Of a stretch of DNA of 64,000 nucleotides, positions 1-9,293 are shown piece after piece. Each line of letters opens with the position of its first letter. The first letter of the stretch is position 1. Origin of the DNA: Flavobacteriales bacterium (lineage in GTDB: Bacteria; Bacteroidota; Bacteroidia; Flavobacteriales; UBA7312). The DNA is taken from NCBI GenBank assembly GCA_016779995.1, contig JADHMO010000001.1, positions 283,411-347,410 of the forward strand. Reading direction: 5' to 3'. A program made the translations under genes and the position numbers. Below the pieces are notes generated by a model, which worked only from the letters and a program-made list of their open reading frames with translations, ran no database searches and was not told the origin of the DNA.

Positions 1-77
1 TGAAGGTTGGTGTTATCAGCTTGATAAAGTGACTGTAAGGCTAACTCTACAACTTTATGTAATTCTTGCTCTATCAT
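1..77 (-). CDS. 5' end of a gene that runs off the window (MIEQELHKVVELALQSLYQADNTNL...); possibly arginine--tRNA ligase
   Basis: The ATG at 75-77 on the minus strand overlaps the TGA stop (74-76) of the upstream ORF as ATGA. Only about 25 codons are visible. The N-terminal pattern resembles Bacteroidetes ArgS from memory only. Confidence 0.3.
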   Translation of the reverse strand, partial: MIEQELHKVVELALQSLYQADNTNL

Positions 78-1009
78 TTAGATTTGGGTAAAAATATTTC
101 TGCCATCATACATCTTGCACTACCACCACCACAAGCCTCTATGGTATCCAATGAGCTGTGAATTATTGGACAATGCTTTTCAATCTGACTAATTTGTTCT
201 GGGCTTAAACTGTTGTAGGCAGAATCTGACATTACTAAATAAGGCTTATCTCCCATAACCTGCAACATATTACCAGCAAAATGTTGTTTTTGCTCTTCTG
301 AAATTTCTATGATTTCTTTATCTGATTCTTCTAACATCTCTATGACGTGAGTACGCTCCTCTATTTCATCAATGGTATCTAGACAAACCACTGCAAAATT
401 ATCTGCTACACACATCATTACATTAGTATGATAAATCGCTAATCGTTCACCATTCACATCTTGATTGGCTGTAAAACAAACGGGTTTATAACCAAAAACA
501 TCGCAAAACTGAATTACTGCCTGTTCGTCTGTTCGTTCAGAAATAGCGGCATAACAATATTTATTTTCTCTATCTAGTATCATGCTACCAGTTCCCTCCA
601 GATACCTATCGTATTCTTCAAATTCGGTAAAGTCATGTATCTGCTCGATATGAAATCCATAATCATCAACCAAGATATCAAAAATATCTTCTCTACGTTC
701 TGTACGTCTATTTTCAGCACACATAGGGTATAATCCTACACCTCCATCTCGATGAAAAGACACCCAATTATTAGGGAAAATTGAGTCAGGCGTGTCAGGC
801 TCTTTAGTGTCAGGAACTACAATTACATTAACACCTTTAGAACGTAATTTATCAACAAAGGCATTAAACTCTGAAAGTGCTTTTTCTTGAGTGGCTTGAG
901 GTGACAAACCGTCTAATACTTTTTGATAGTAATTGTTTACAGCCGTTTGTTCGTTAAAACGAAAACTTACTGGCTGAATCATTAGTATGTGCTGTGTTAT
1001 TTGACTCAT
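74..1009 (-). CDS. guanidino-group-modifying enzyme superfamily protein (amidinotransferase / arginine-deiminase-type; CtlX-like citrulline utilisation hydrolase candidate)
   Basis: 311-aa ORF. The C-terminal motif GGGSARCMMAEI contains the catalytic Cys typical of this superfamily. It overlaps the upstream paralogue by 4 nt. Confidence 0.7.
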   Translation of the reverse strand: MSQITQHILMIQPVSFRFNEQTAVNNYYQKVLDGLSPQATQEKALSEFNAFVDKLRSKGVNVIVVPDTKEPDTPDSIFPNNWVSFHRDGGVGLYPMCAENRRTERREDIFDILVDDYGFHIEQIHDFTEFEEYDRYLEGTGSMILDRENKYCYAAISERTDEQAVIQFCDVFGYKPVCFTANQDVNGERLAIYHTNVMMCVADNFAVVCLDTIDEIEERTHVIEMLEESDKEIIEISEEQKQHFAGNMLQVMGDKPYLVMSDSAYNSLSPEQISQIEKHCPIIHSSLDTIEACGGGSARCMMAEIFLPKSK

Positions 1010-1920
1010 TTTCTTCTCAATGGTAATGTTGAACAGCGCAAAAGCCCCTCCATCTTTGCTATTTCAGCATAGGGCACTTCTTCTACTGTAATTCCTTTAT
1101 TTCTTAACTCTTTATTTAATCTTTCAAATCCTTTTTCTGATATCACAACTTGAGGAGAAATAGAAAATATATTAGAATTCATTTGATACATTTCATCTCT
1201 ACTAATAAATATGATGTTATCTTCTCCAAAATAACTAATTAAAAAATCTACATCTGATTGGTTTTTGAAACCCGCTTTGTACATAATAGCATAGTGTTGA
1301 CCAACAGGCTGAAAACAACAATCCAAATGCAAGGCATTATCTTTAGGATTGTCATCTGATTTTTTGAGTTCAAAGCCTTTTACTTTTTTATGAGGAAAAG
1401 AATGCTGTAAAAATTCAACTGCACTTCTGTTAGTTCTTGCCACTTGATACTTCTGAAAATCGGCTTCTTCTGAATAACCCACAAAAATAAAGTCGTCACA
1501 CAACATTACATCGCCACCTTCGACTCTTACATCAATAGGCATTGAAATGATATCTTCAGCTCTTATATTTTCTATTAATGTGTCTATGGCTGAAACTTCT
1601 TCCTTTCTATCGTCAATGATATTAGGCAAAATAAATTTGTTGTCAATAACAAAAGCTATATCCCTTGAAAAAATTTGATTTAAACCTTCAATATTCCTTG
1701 GTCGAAAAACCTCTACACCATACTTTAAAAGTACAGATTTGACCGCATTCATTTCGTTAATAACATTTTGCTGTGTAGGAAAAGTGCCTTTCAAAACGTG
1801 TTCTCTAGACTTTGGATCATAGCAATCTTCAATCTTAGGTGTACCACCAAAACTATCTGGCAAACCTAGAACAACAGCCTCTAAAGGATTGGTTTCGTTG
1901 TGTAAATTTAGTGCTATCAT
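1006..1920 (-). CDS. dimethylarginine dimethylaminohydrolase / amidinotransferase-family protein
   Basis: 304-aa ORF. It has a C-terminal EGLLRCSTLPL Cys motif and an internal LHLDCCF motif typical of DDAH/ADI-like enzymes. Confidence 0.65.
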   Translation of the reverse strand: MIALNLHNETNPLEAVVLGLPDSFGGTPKIEDCYDPKSREHVLKGTFPTQQNVINEMNAVKSVLLKYGVEVFRPRNIEGLNQIFSRDIAFVIDNKFILPNIIDDRKEEVSAIDTLIENIRAEDIISMPIDVRVEGGDVMLCDDFIFVGYSEEADFQKYQVARTNRSAVEFLQHSFPHKKVKGFELKKSDDNPKDNALHLDCCFQPVGQHYAIMYKAGFKNQSDVDFLISYFGEDNIIFISRDEMYQMNSNIFSISPQVVISEKGFERLNKELRNKGITVEEVPYAEIAKMEGLLRCSTLPLRRK

Positions 1921-2006
1921 CTTTTCTCAATGAATCGCAAATTTAACTATACTTTAGGGTTTAATAAAATCTTAATGATGATATTATTTGCACCCATAAA
2001 TTTGAA

Positions 2007-2014
2007 TATATTTG
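2007..2014 (+). promoter_or_regulatory. Bacteroidetes-type -7 box TATATTTG (TAnnTTTG), with TTTG at 1987-1990 as a possible -33 element
   Basis: Perfect match to TAnnTTTG, 19 nt upstream of the ATG at 2034. Confidence 0.45.
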
Positions 2015-2033
2015 AAGAGCATTTCAATCCAAA

Positions 2034-2813
2034 ATGAAAGATAAATTTGTATCATACCATTGCGAAAATAGAATTGGCTTTATCACTATGGATAGAGCTG
2101 AAAAAAGAAATGCTCTAAATCCTCAGCTTGTTCAAGAGTTAAAAATTGCTTTTGGAACTGCCGAAAAAGATGAAACATGTAAAGTGATTGTATTACAAGC
2201 ACAAGGCCAAGCATTTTGCGCTGGTGCCGATTTGAAATACTTGCAATCCTTACAATCTTTTTCTCACCAAGAAAATGTTGCCGATTCGTCAAGTCTAATG
2301 CAGTTGTTCAAACAAGTTTATTCCTTAGAAAAGGTAGTCATCGCAAAAATAAAAGGACACGCCATAGCAGGTGGTTGTGGTTTGGCTAGTGTTTGTGACT
2401 TATCGGTTGCATCAGATGATGCTAAATTAGGCTATTCTGAAGTTAAAATTGGATTTATCCCTGCTATAGTCAGTGTGTTTTTACTCAAAAAAATCGGCGA
2501 AAGTAAAACTAAAGAATTACTACTTACTGGAAAAACTATATCAGCTACAGAAGCGGCTAGTATTGGATTGATAAACCAAGTGGTTGGCAAGGATATTTTA
2601 GATGATACAGTACAAAACATAGCCGAAAAGCTGTGTCATCAAGCCTCACAACAATCCCTAGCAAGTACTAAGAAATTGATAGCCCATCTGCAAAGCATGT
2701 CGTTAGAAGATGGTCTTAATTTTGCCGTAGAAGAAAATGCAAAAGCTAGAGCTAATGAAGACTGCAAAAAAGGTATTAAATCCTTTCTCAATAAAGAAGA
2801 AATAAATTGGTAG
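2034..2813 (+). CDS. enoyl-CoA hydratase/isomerase (crotonase) family protein
   Basis: 259 aa. Motifs FCAGADLK and AIAGGCGLA form the crotonase oxyanion-hole signature. Confidence 0.85.
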   Translation: MKDKFVSYHCENRIGFITMDRAEKRNALNPQLVQELKIAFGTAEKDETCKVIVLQAQGQAFCAGADLKYLQSLQSFSHQENVADSSSLMQLFKQVYSLEKVVIAKIKGHAIAGGCGLASVCDLSVASDDAKLGYSEVKIGFIPAIVSVFLLKKIGESKTKELLLTGKTISATEAASIGLINQVVGKDILDDTVQNIAEKLCHQASQQSLASTKKLIAHLQSMSLEDGLNFAVEENAKARANEDCKKGIKSFLNKEEINW

Positions 2814-2825
2814 AATTCCTATTGA

Positions 2826-5162
2826 ATGAAAAAGAAAAATACAAAAGAAAACATTTTTAAACGTCTCATACAAAAGTTTAAAATTGAAGATGATAGAACG
2901 AAAAAGATATTTGGTTTTATATTTTTATTTTTATCAATCTACGTATTTGTGGTTTTTGTCTCCTACCTCCTAAACGGAAATATTGACCAAGACAAGACAG
3001 GTAAGCTAACTAATGACATTAGTAATATTGGTGGAGTGTTTGGAAATACTTTGTCGCATTTATTTTTGCGTCATTATTTTGGTATTTCTTCTTTCATTTT
3101 TCCTCTATTGTTTTTCAATTGGGGCTTATCACTCGTCTTTGACAAGACATTATTTTCTATAAAAAAAGGCTTTTCACTTGGTATTCTTGCTGTAGTTTGG
3201 ATTTCTTTATTCTTTGGCTTTTTCACATCTCCTTCAATTTTAGGTGGAGTATTTGGCAGTGAAATGAACGAATTTCTAGCCTTGAGAATAGGAAAAATTG
3301 GAAATGGATTTTTTATTTTTCTATCCTTATTAACTTTCATAATTATACGATTTAATCCAAAATTTAAATTCACCAAAAGCAGTGATGATAAGCAAGAATT
3401 GCCAGAAAATAATGAAATAGCTGATGAAGAATTTAGCTTATCCAACGAATTAGATTTTCAGGAGGAAGAACAAGAACCAATTATCGAGCCGATTAGTCAA
3501 ATAGTTAATCCGCAAACAGAAGATAATAAAGAAGAAATTACACCAAACATAAAACAAGAAGAAAGTAATGATTTAGGAATTGAGGTTCACGTCAACGAAG
3601 AAGATATTTTAAGTCAAAAAGACATCAAAACAAAACTCGAAGAACTCGGAGATTATGATCCTAAGCTTGATCTTTCTAATTATAAAATACCTGCAGTAAA
3701 CTTATTAAATGACTATGGCTCAGGTAAAATAGAAATAGATAAAAGTGAATTGGAGGCTAATAAAAATAGAATTGTCGAAACACTTGCAAATTACAAAATA
3801 GGTATATCTTCTATTAGTGCAACTATTGGACCAACCATAACGCTTTATGAAATTGTTCCAGAAGCTGGTATTCGAATCTCTAAAATCAAAAACTTAGAAG
3901 ATGATATTGCACTTAGTTTATCAGCCCTAGGTATTCGTATCATTGCTCCTATCCCTGGCAAAGGAACTATCGGAATTGAAGTGCCCAATCAAAAACCAAC
4001 GACAGTCTCTATGAAAGCTGTAATTTCTTCCGATAAGTTTCAAAATTCTGAAATGGAATTACCTGTTGCTTTTGGTAAAACTATTTCAAACGAAACCTTT
4101 GTCGCTGACTTAGCTAAAATGCCTCACCTTCTAATGGCAGGAGCTACTGGTCAAGGTAAATCTGTTGGGTTGAACGCCATATTAGCATCATTACTCTATA
4201 AAAAACACCCTGCTCAAGTCAAATTTGTATTGGTAGATCCAAAGAAAGTGGAACTCACATTATTCAATAAAATAGAAAGACACTTCCTAGCCAAACTACC
4301 AGACTCCGAAGAGGCAATCATTACTGACACCAAGAAAGTAATTAATACCCTCAATTCCTTATGTATTGAGATGGATCAACGCTATGATTTACTTCAAAAT
4401 GCTCAATGTAGAAACATTGTTGAATACAACAAGAAGTTTATTGCTAGAAAATTAAACCCTAATGACGGGCATAAATACTTACCCTATATTGTCTTGGTTA
4501 TTGACGAATTTGCTGACCTTATAATGACAGCCGGTAAGGAAGTAGAAACGCCAATTGCTCGACTGGCTCAACTTGCTAGAGCTATTGGAATACATCTAAT
4601 AGTAGCTACTCAACGCCCTTCAGTAAATGTTATTACAGGTATCATTAAAGCCAATTTCCCTGCACGTGTAGCTTTTAGAGTTACCTCAAAAATTGACTCT
4701 AGAACAATTCTAGATGCTGGAGGTGCCGACCAATTGATTGGTCGTGGTGATATGCTTATCTCTCTAGGTAGTGACTTAATACGATTGCAATGTGCATTTA
4801 TCGACACTCCAGAAGTAGAAAAAATCACCGATTTCATTGGCAATCAAAGAGCCTATCCCGAAGCCTTTTTACTACCTGAATACATTGGAGATGCCGAGGG
4901 TGGCACTAGCGATGCTGACCTCGATGACAGAGATGTCATGTTTGAACAAGCAGCACGAGTTGTCGTACAACATCAGTCTGGCTCTACTTCACTCATACAA
5001 CGTAAATTAAAACTAGGCTACAATAGAGCTGGAAGAATCATTGACCAACTGGAAACAGCTAGAATTGTAGGTCCTTTTGAAGGAAGTAAAGCCCGTCAAG
5101 TACTAATTCGTGATGAAATGGCGTTAGAAGAAGTATTAAATGAATTAAACAACCCAAATTAA
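2826..5162 (+). CDS. ftsK: DNA translocase FtsK/SpoIIIE
   Basis: 778 aa. It has N-terminal transmembrane helices, an acidic linker, the Walker A motif GATGQGKS, VIDEFADL, and a C-terminal winged-helix gamma domain (LIQRKLKLGYNRAGRIIDQLE). Confidence 0.95.
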   Translation: MKKKNTKENIFKRLIQKFKIEDDRTKKIFGFIFLFLSIYVFVVFVSYLLNGNIDQDKTGKLTNDISNIGGVFGNTLSHLFLRHYFGISSFIFPLLFFNWGLSLVFDKTLFSIKKGFSLGILAVVWISLFFGFFTSPSILGGVFGSEMNEFLALRIGKIGNGFFIFLSLLTFIIIRFNPKFKFTKSSDDKQELPENNEIADEEFSLSNELDFQEEEQEPIIEPISQIVNPQTEDNKEEITPNIKQEESNDLGIEVHVNEEDILSQKDIKTKLEELGDYDPKLDLSNYKIPAVNLLNDYGSGKIEIDKSELEANKNRIVETLANYKIGISSISATIGPTITLYEIVPEAGIRISKIKNLEDDIALSLSALGIRIIAPIPGKGTIGIEVPNQKPTTVSMKAVISSDKFQNSEMELPVAFGKTISNETFVADLAKMPHLLMAGATGQGKSVGLNAILASLLYKKHPAQVKFVLVDPKKVELTLFNKIERHFLAKLPDSEEAIITDTKKVINTLNSLCIEMDQRYDLLQNAQCRNIVEYNKKFIARKLNPNDGHKYLPYIVLVIDEFADLIMTAGKEVETPIARLAQLARAIGIHLIVATQRPSVNVITGIIKANFPARVAFRVTSKIDSRTILDAGGADQLIGRGDMLISLGSDLIRLQCAFIDTPEVEKITDFIGNQRAYPEAFLLPEYIGDAEGGTSDADLDDRDVMFEQAARVVVQHQSGSTSLIQRKLKLGYNRAGRIIDQLETARIVGPFEGSKARQVLIRDEMALEEVLNELNNPN

Positions 5163-5165
5163 ATT

Positions 5166-5783
5166 ATGAAAAAGCTATTATTAATCCTCACTGTCTTTCC
5201 TTGTATAATTTTTGCACAAGACCAAAAAGCCAAAAGTATTTTAGATAAACTAAGTGATAAGACTAAATCTTATACCTCGATAGAGGCAAAATTTACTAAT
5301 ACATTTACTAGTACGGTAACAGATATTAGTGAGTCACAAAGTGGAACATTATATCTTAAAGACGATTCATATAGACTAGAGATGGAATCACAAACAATTA
5401 TTTGTGATGGAGAAACAAATTGGATTTACCTTGCAGATGATGATGAAGTAAATATTACAGAAGTTGATGATGAAGAAAATGAATTAAATCCATCTAAAAT
5501 TTTCACCATTTATGAAAATGGCTACAAGTATAAATTTGTGAAAGAAGACGGTAAAAACTACCATATCGATTTATTTCCTAAAGAAAGTGGTCCTTTTACG
5601 AAAGTGGAGTTATTCATTAATAAATCTAAGATGCAAATTAGCTCGTTTACTATGATTGACAAACAAGGTAGCCATTTTAAATACGTTATTGATTCATTTG
5701 TAACAAATAAAGAAATGAATAATGATTTTTTTGTGTTTAAAATAGCTGACTACCCTAACGTAGATGTTATTGATTTAAGATAG
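5166..5783 (+). CDS. lolA: LolA-like outer-membrane lipoprotein carrier protein
   Basis: 205 aa with a signal peptide. The conserved ftsK-lolA adjacency and the typical LolA N-terminal pattern (ILDKL...K.Y.SIEAKF) support the call. Confidence 0.7.
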   Translation: MKKLLLILTVFPCIIFAQDQKAKSILDKLSDKTKSYTSIEAKFTNTFTSTVTDISESQSGTLYLKDDSYRLEMESQTIICDGETNWIYLADDDEVNITEVDDEENELNPSKIFTIYENGYKYKFVKEDGKNYHIDLFPKESGPFTKVELFINKSKMQISSFTMIDKQGSHFKYVIDSFVTNKEMNNDFFVFKIADYPNVDVIDLR

Positions 5784-6845
5784 TTATCTCATCAAAGTAA
5801 CCTCACCTATTTGCCTAGTCTGCTTACCTAATTCATCTTTAATACGAACAGACCATAAATAAGTGCCTGGCATTGCTAAATTTCCAACTTGGTTCTCGCC
5901 ATTCCACCATTGATTGATATCATCTACAGAATATATAATTTCGCCCCATCTATTGGTTATTACCATAGAAAACTCTTGTACCCTATCGATATTGTATCCT
6001 TTTAAGCCAAATTCATCGTTTATGCCATCACCATCTGGCGTAAAAGATGTAGGCAAGTAAAAAATAAGCTCACTTTCAACTAATAAACTCTTCGTAATAG
6101 AGTCTGAGCAACCGTTTTCATCTTCTAAGGTCAATTGCACATCGTACCAAGCTGCCGAATCAAAATAATGAATTGGTTGCCATTCATTAGAGTAAAAGCC
6201 ATCTCCAAAATCCCAACTAACGAAACCCTCAGTTGATAAATTTACAAACTCTACCATAGGGTTTAGAGTGGTAATTTTCTCAGGATAATGATAAAAATCA
6301 GCAATTGGTTTATCAGAAATCTTAAATGTTAGAGACTCCATATCAGAACACCCTAAATTACTGACAACAGACAATTCTATAAGGTACTCTCCTTCCTCGT
6401 TAAAGGTATAATTCAAATCAATAGCATCGATTATATCATCACCAACACGCCAGATAGAAGATTGTAGACCATCACTAGAAATAGAGGTATTGATAAATTT
6501 TACGGAATCGTAAATACACACCTCATCACTGAAAAAACTAGCTAAAGGATTAGGCCTTACCAAAATATTCATTTCTACTGCATTAAAACAATTGGTTGAA
6601 CCGAACTCTCGCAATTGTAAAATATAATCTCCAGGGTTGGAAAAAAGAACACTTATACTATCCGAAAATTGCCCCTCGACAATTTCTGCACCATCACCAT
6701 AAACAAACTCCCATTCAAGCGAATTTGTTGCTGAGCTTGGTACAACAGAAAAGTATTCTAGGCTATCGCTAAGACAGATTTGAAGGTTTTGACAATATCC
6801 TAGAACACTCAACTTTAAAAAGAAAAGTATAAGTACTCTATGCAT
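5784..6845 (-). CDS. secreted PKD-like repeat protein with a T9SS type-B (gliding-motility-associated, CHU_C-like) C-terminal sorting domain
   Basis: 353 aa with a signal peptide. The C-terminus FTPDGDGINDEF...ITNRWGE...WNG...PGTYLW matches the type-B CTD pattern. It is a paralogue of the C-terminal third of the 9294-13748 gene. Confidence 0.8.
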   Translation of the reverse strand: MHRVLILFFLKLSVLGYCQNLQICLSDSLEYFSVVPSSATNSLEWEFVYGDGAEIVEGQFSDSISVLFSNPGDYILQLREFGSTNCFNAVEMNILVRPNPLASFFSDEVCIYDSVKFINTSISSDGLQSSIWRVGDDIIDAIDLNYTFNEEGEYLIELSVVSNLGCSDMESLTFKISDKPIADFYHYPEKITTLNPMVEFVNLSTEGFVSWDFGDGFYSNEWQPIHYFDSAAWYDVQLTLEDENGCSDSITKSLLVESELIFYLPTSFTPDGDGINDEFGLKGYNIDRVQEFSMVITNRWGEIIYSVDDINQWWNGENQVGNLAMPGTYLWSVRIKDELGKQTRQIGEVTLMR

Positions 6846-6850
6846 TCTAA

Positions 6851-7882
6851 TTAGTTAAAAATAATTGGACCTGGGTTAGGTAAATTATTAATCGTAATGT
6901 TAATGGTATCAACAGATTGACAACCCTCTGAATCAGTTGATGTCACTGTATATGATGTTTCAGAAGTGTTTTGAGGAACATAGTTACCATTATCACCAAT
7001 TACCACAGCAGGAACCCATACATAAGAACTAAATCCATCAGTAGCATCAAGAGAGATAGTTTCTCCTAAACAGATAGTAGTGGTTTCAGCTCCGTTAACT
7101 AGTAGCTCAATAGGGCTAATTTGATTAATTGTTAAAGTAACATCATCTGACGCTTCACAGCCATTAGCATCGGTAATACTTACGCTGTATTCGGTATCGA
7201 CCAAAGTAGGTGTTAAAGTAGTTTGATCACTGGAAAGAGATGAATTAGTCCAAGTATAAGAAGTAAACCCTGAAGTAGCATTAACAGTGATAGACTCTCC
7301 TAAACAAATGGTACTATCAGAAAGTGAAACCTCAACTGAAGGAAGTTCAAAAATTTCTATTTCAATACTTTCCGTTGTAGAACAACCTCCCTCACCGATG
7401 ACCTCAACCTCAAAAGTATCATCAGTAATAGCATTTGGAGTGTACGTAGATGAAGCACCAGAGAGTGATGAAGGAGTCCAATTGTAGCTATCATAACCAG
7501 CATCAGCAGATAATATTACTGATTCACCTAAACAAATAGACAGGTCTGAAGCAGATAAATTAGGTATAGGATTATCTAATATTTCTACACTCAAGGTCTG
7601 GTCGGCCTCACAACCGTTAAGTTCTTCGGTCAGTGTAATAGCATTATTTATTATACCTAAAGGCGCATTAGACCAATCTACTTGAATGGAAGTGCCAGTA
7701 CTAGAGCCTATTATAACTCCACCACCAGAAACACTCCAAGAATAAGTAGAACCTGCGTTAGGTGTAATAGAATAGTTTTCAAGAGTAGAACCAAAACATA
7801 AGGTATCAATTTGAGCGTAAGAGGCCATTGAAACCGTAAATGATAGAAAAGCTGTTAATAGAGTTTTAATACAATTTTTCAT
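6851..7882 (-). CDS. secreted Ig/PKD-like repeat protein (adhesin-like) with no recognisable T9SS CTD
   Basis: 343 aa with a signal peptide. It contains four or so repeats of the ICLGES...GY.SY.WTP...C module also found in the middle of the 9294-13748 gene. Confidence 0.7.
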   Translation of the reverse strand: MKNCIKTLLTAFLSFTVSMASYAQIDTLCFGSTLENYSITPNAGSTYSWSVSGGGVIIGSSTGTSIQVDWSNAPLGIINNAITLTEELNGCEADQTLSVEILDNPIPNLSASDLSICLGESVILSADAGYDSYNWTPSSLSGASSTYTPNAITDDTFEVEVIGEGGCSTTESIEIEIFELPSVEVSLSDSTICLGESITVNATSGFTSYTWTNSSLSSDQTTLTPTLVDTEYSVSITDANGCEASDDVTLTINQISPIELLVNGAETTTICLGETISLDATDGFSSYVWVPAVVIGDNGNYVPQNTSETSYTVTSTDSEGCQSVDTINITINNLPNPGPIIFN

Positions 7883-7914
7883 AATGAAATAGTTTAGTTA
7901 AGTAGTTTTAATTT

Positions 7915-9195
7915 TTAGTTCGTAACAATTGGTGGTGGAATAACTTCAATGACGTTAACATTAACTTGAGATTGATACGTATCACACTCCCCTGTAATGG
8001 TGTACGTATAAGCTCCTGAAAGGTTTGCTGACGGATCAAAATAACCTAAATAGTTTGCATTCAAAGTAGGTGACCAAACACCATTTGTATCTGGATTGCC
8101 GATTAATTCATACAAGTTAACTGCGGAATCATCAATGCATATTTCAAGCTCATAGTCACTACCAGCATTGATATTTTCTTCAATTAATGAAACATCCAAA
8201 GGATAACTTTGTTGGCAACCATTTTCATTAAAGACAGTATAAGTGTATAAACCTGTCTGTTGTACTTGAGGGTTAAAAAACCCTTGATAACCAAAGTATA
8301 AATTAGAAGTTCCTTGCCATACACCTGAAGTGTTATTCAGGTTTAGAGCACTGTATAAACTTACGTATGTATTGTTATCACAAAATTGTAATTCAACTGT
8401 AGGCTGACTTTCTATATTATCCAAATTCAAAAAGACACTAGATGACTCCGTATTACATTCATCTGAAACAGTATAGATATACTCTTGTGGGGTATTGACT
8501 AAAGGATTAAACTGACCTAAATAACCTTGAGCAAGTGACGGGGTCCAAAAGCCACCATTTTGAACGTCATCACCTAAAAAATCAAATAAATTAAACGCAC
8601 TAGATTCTTGACAATATATGATAGTAGTGTCAGATCCAGAATTTAAATTTGAATAGACAAAAAGTGAATCATCATAATTTACTAATGCTATATCAGAGCA
8701 ACAATCTCCATTATTCCAACCTCCGGTTTGACAATCTCCATATACATTAATACTGATGTAAAGATCTTCTGGAAAACAAGATTCAGCAACAGTAACTTGA
8801 AAAGAAAAAGATAATGGACCAGTAGATGAAGAACCCCAGTTTGGAAGTCCTGTTGTATTTATAAATCTAAAGCCTGGTCCAAATTCTAATCCGCTAGGAA
8901 AAGTATTTTGCAAATCCCAAATCCAATATCCAGATCCATAGTAATTATTGATATTTGAATTTACCGGCGTTGATATGGGGCTCAGATTAGACCAACCACT
9001 ACCAAGATTAATTTGAAAAGCGATTACCCAATTGATATTTAGCTGATAAAAACTATTTAAAGTATAGTCTACTGTCACAACATCACCAATTTCATAGGGA
9101 CCTACGGGACTTAAAGAATACGATTCTTCCACAACACATTGAGCGTTAGAATATATGTATAAGAAAAGAAAGGATATGACAAATAAATACCTCAA
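7915..9195 (-). CDS. secreted repeat protein (adhesin-like) with no recognisable T9SS CTD
   Basis: 426 aa with a signal peptide. Three copies of the G.W.P.L..GYLG.F(N/D)P....Y.YTV..EC module match residues ~440-510 of the 9294-13748 gene. Confidence 0.65.
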   Translation of the reverse strand: MRYLFVISFLFLYIYSNAQCVVEESYSLSPVGPYEIGDVVTVDYTLNSFYQLNINWVIAFQINLGSGWSNLSPISTPVNSNINNYYGSGYWIWDLQNTFPSGLEFGPGFRFINTTGLPNWGSSSTGPLSFSFQVTVAESCFPEDLYISINVYGDCQTGGWNNGDCCSDIALVNYDDSLFVYSNLNSGSDTTIIYCQESSAFNLFDFLGDDVQNGGFWTPSLAQGYLGQFNPLVNTPQEYIYTVSDECNTESSSVFLNLDNIESQPTVELQFCDNNTYVSLYSALNLNNTSGVWQGTSNLYFGYQGFFNPQVQQTGLYTYTVFNENGCQQSYPLDVSLIEENINAGSDYELEICIDDSAVNLYELIGNPDTNGVWSPTLNANYLGYFDPSANLSGAYTYTITGECDTYQSQVNVNVIEVIPPPIVTN

Positions 9196-9293
9196 AACAA
9201 CTAGTTATAGGTTAAATAGCAAAGTAAATAATTTAAACAAACACAACACTTGTATACGTAGATATAATAATTATGTTTCAAATTTTTTTTTAA

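Noticed and set aside
2086-4843. Antisense ORFs in the track (2086-2292, 2432-2620, 3074-3445, 4610-4843) inside the crotonase and ftsK genes
   Set aside because: They lie entirely within well-supported genes on the opposite strand. They have low-complexity or odd composition and no recognisable motifs, which is typical of shadow ORFs.
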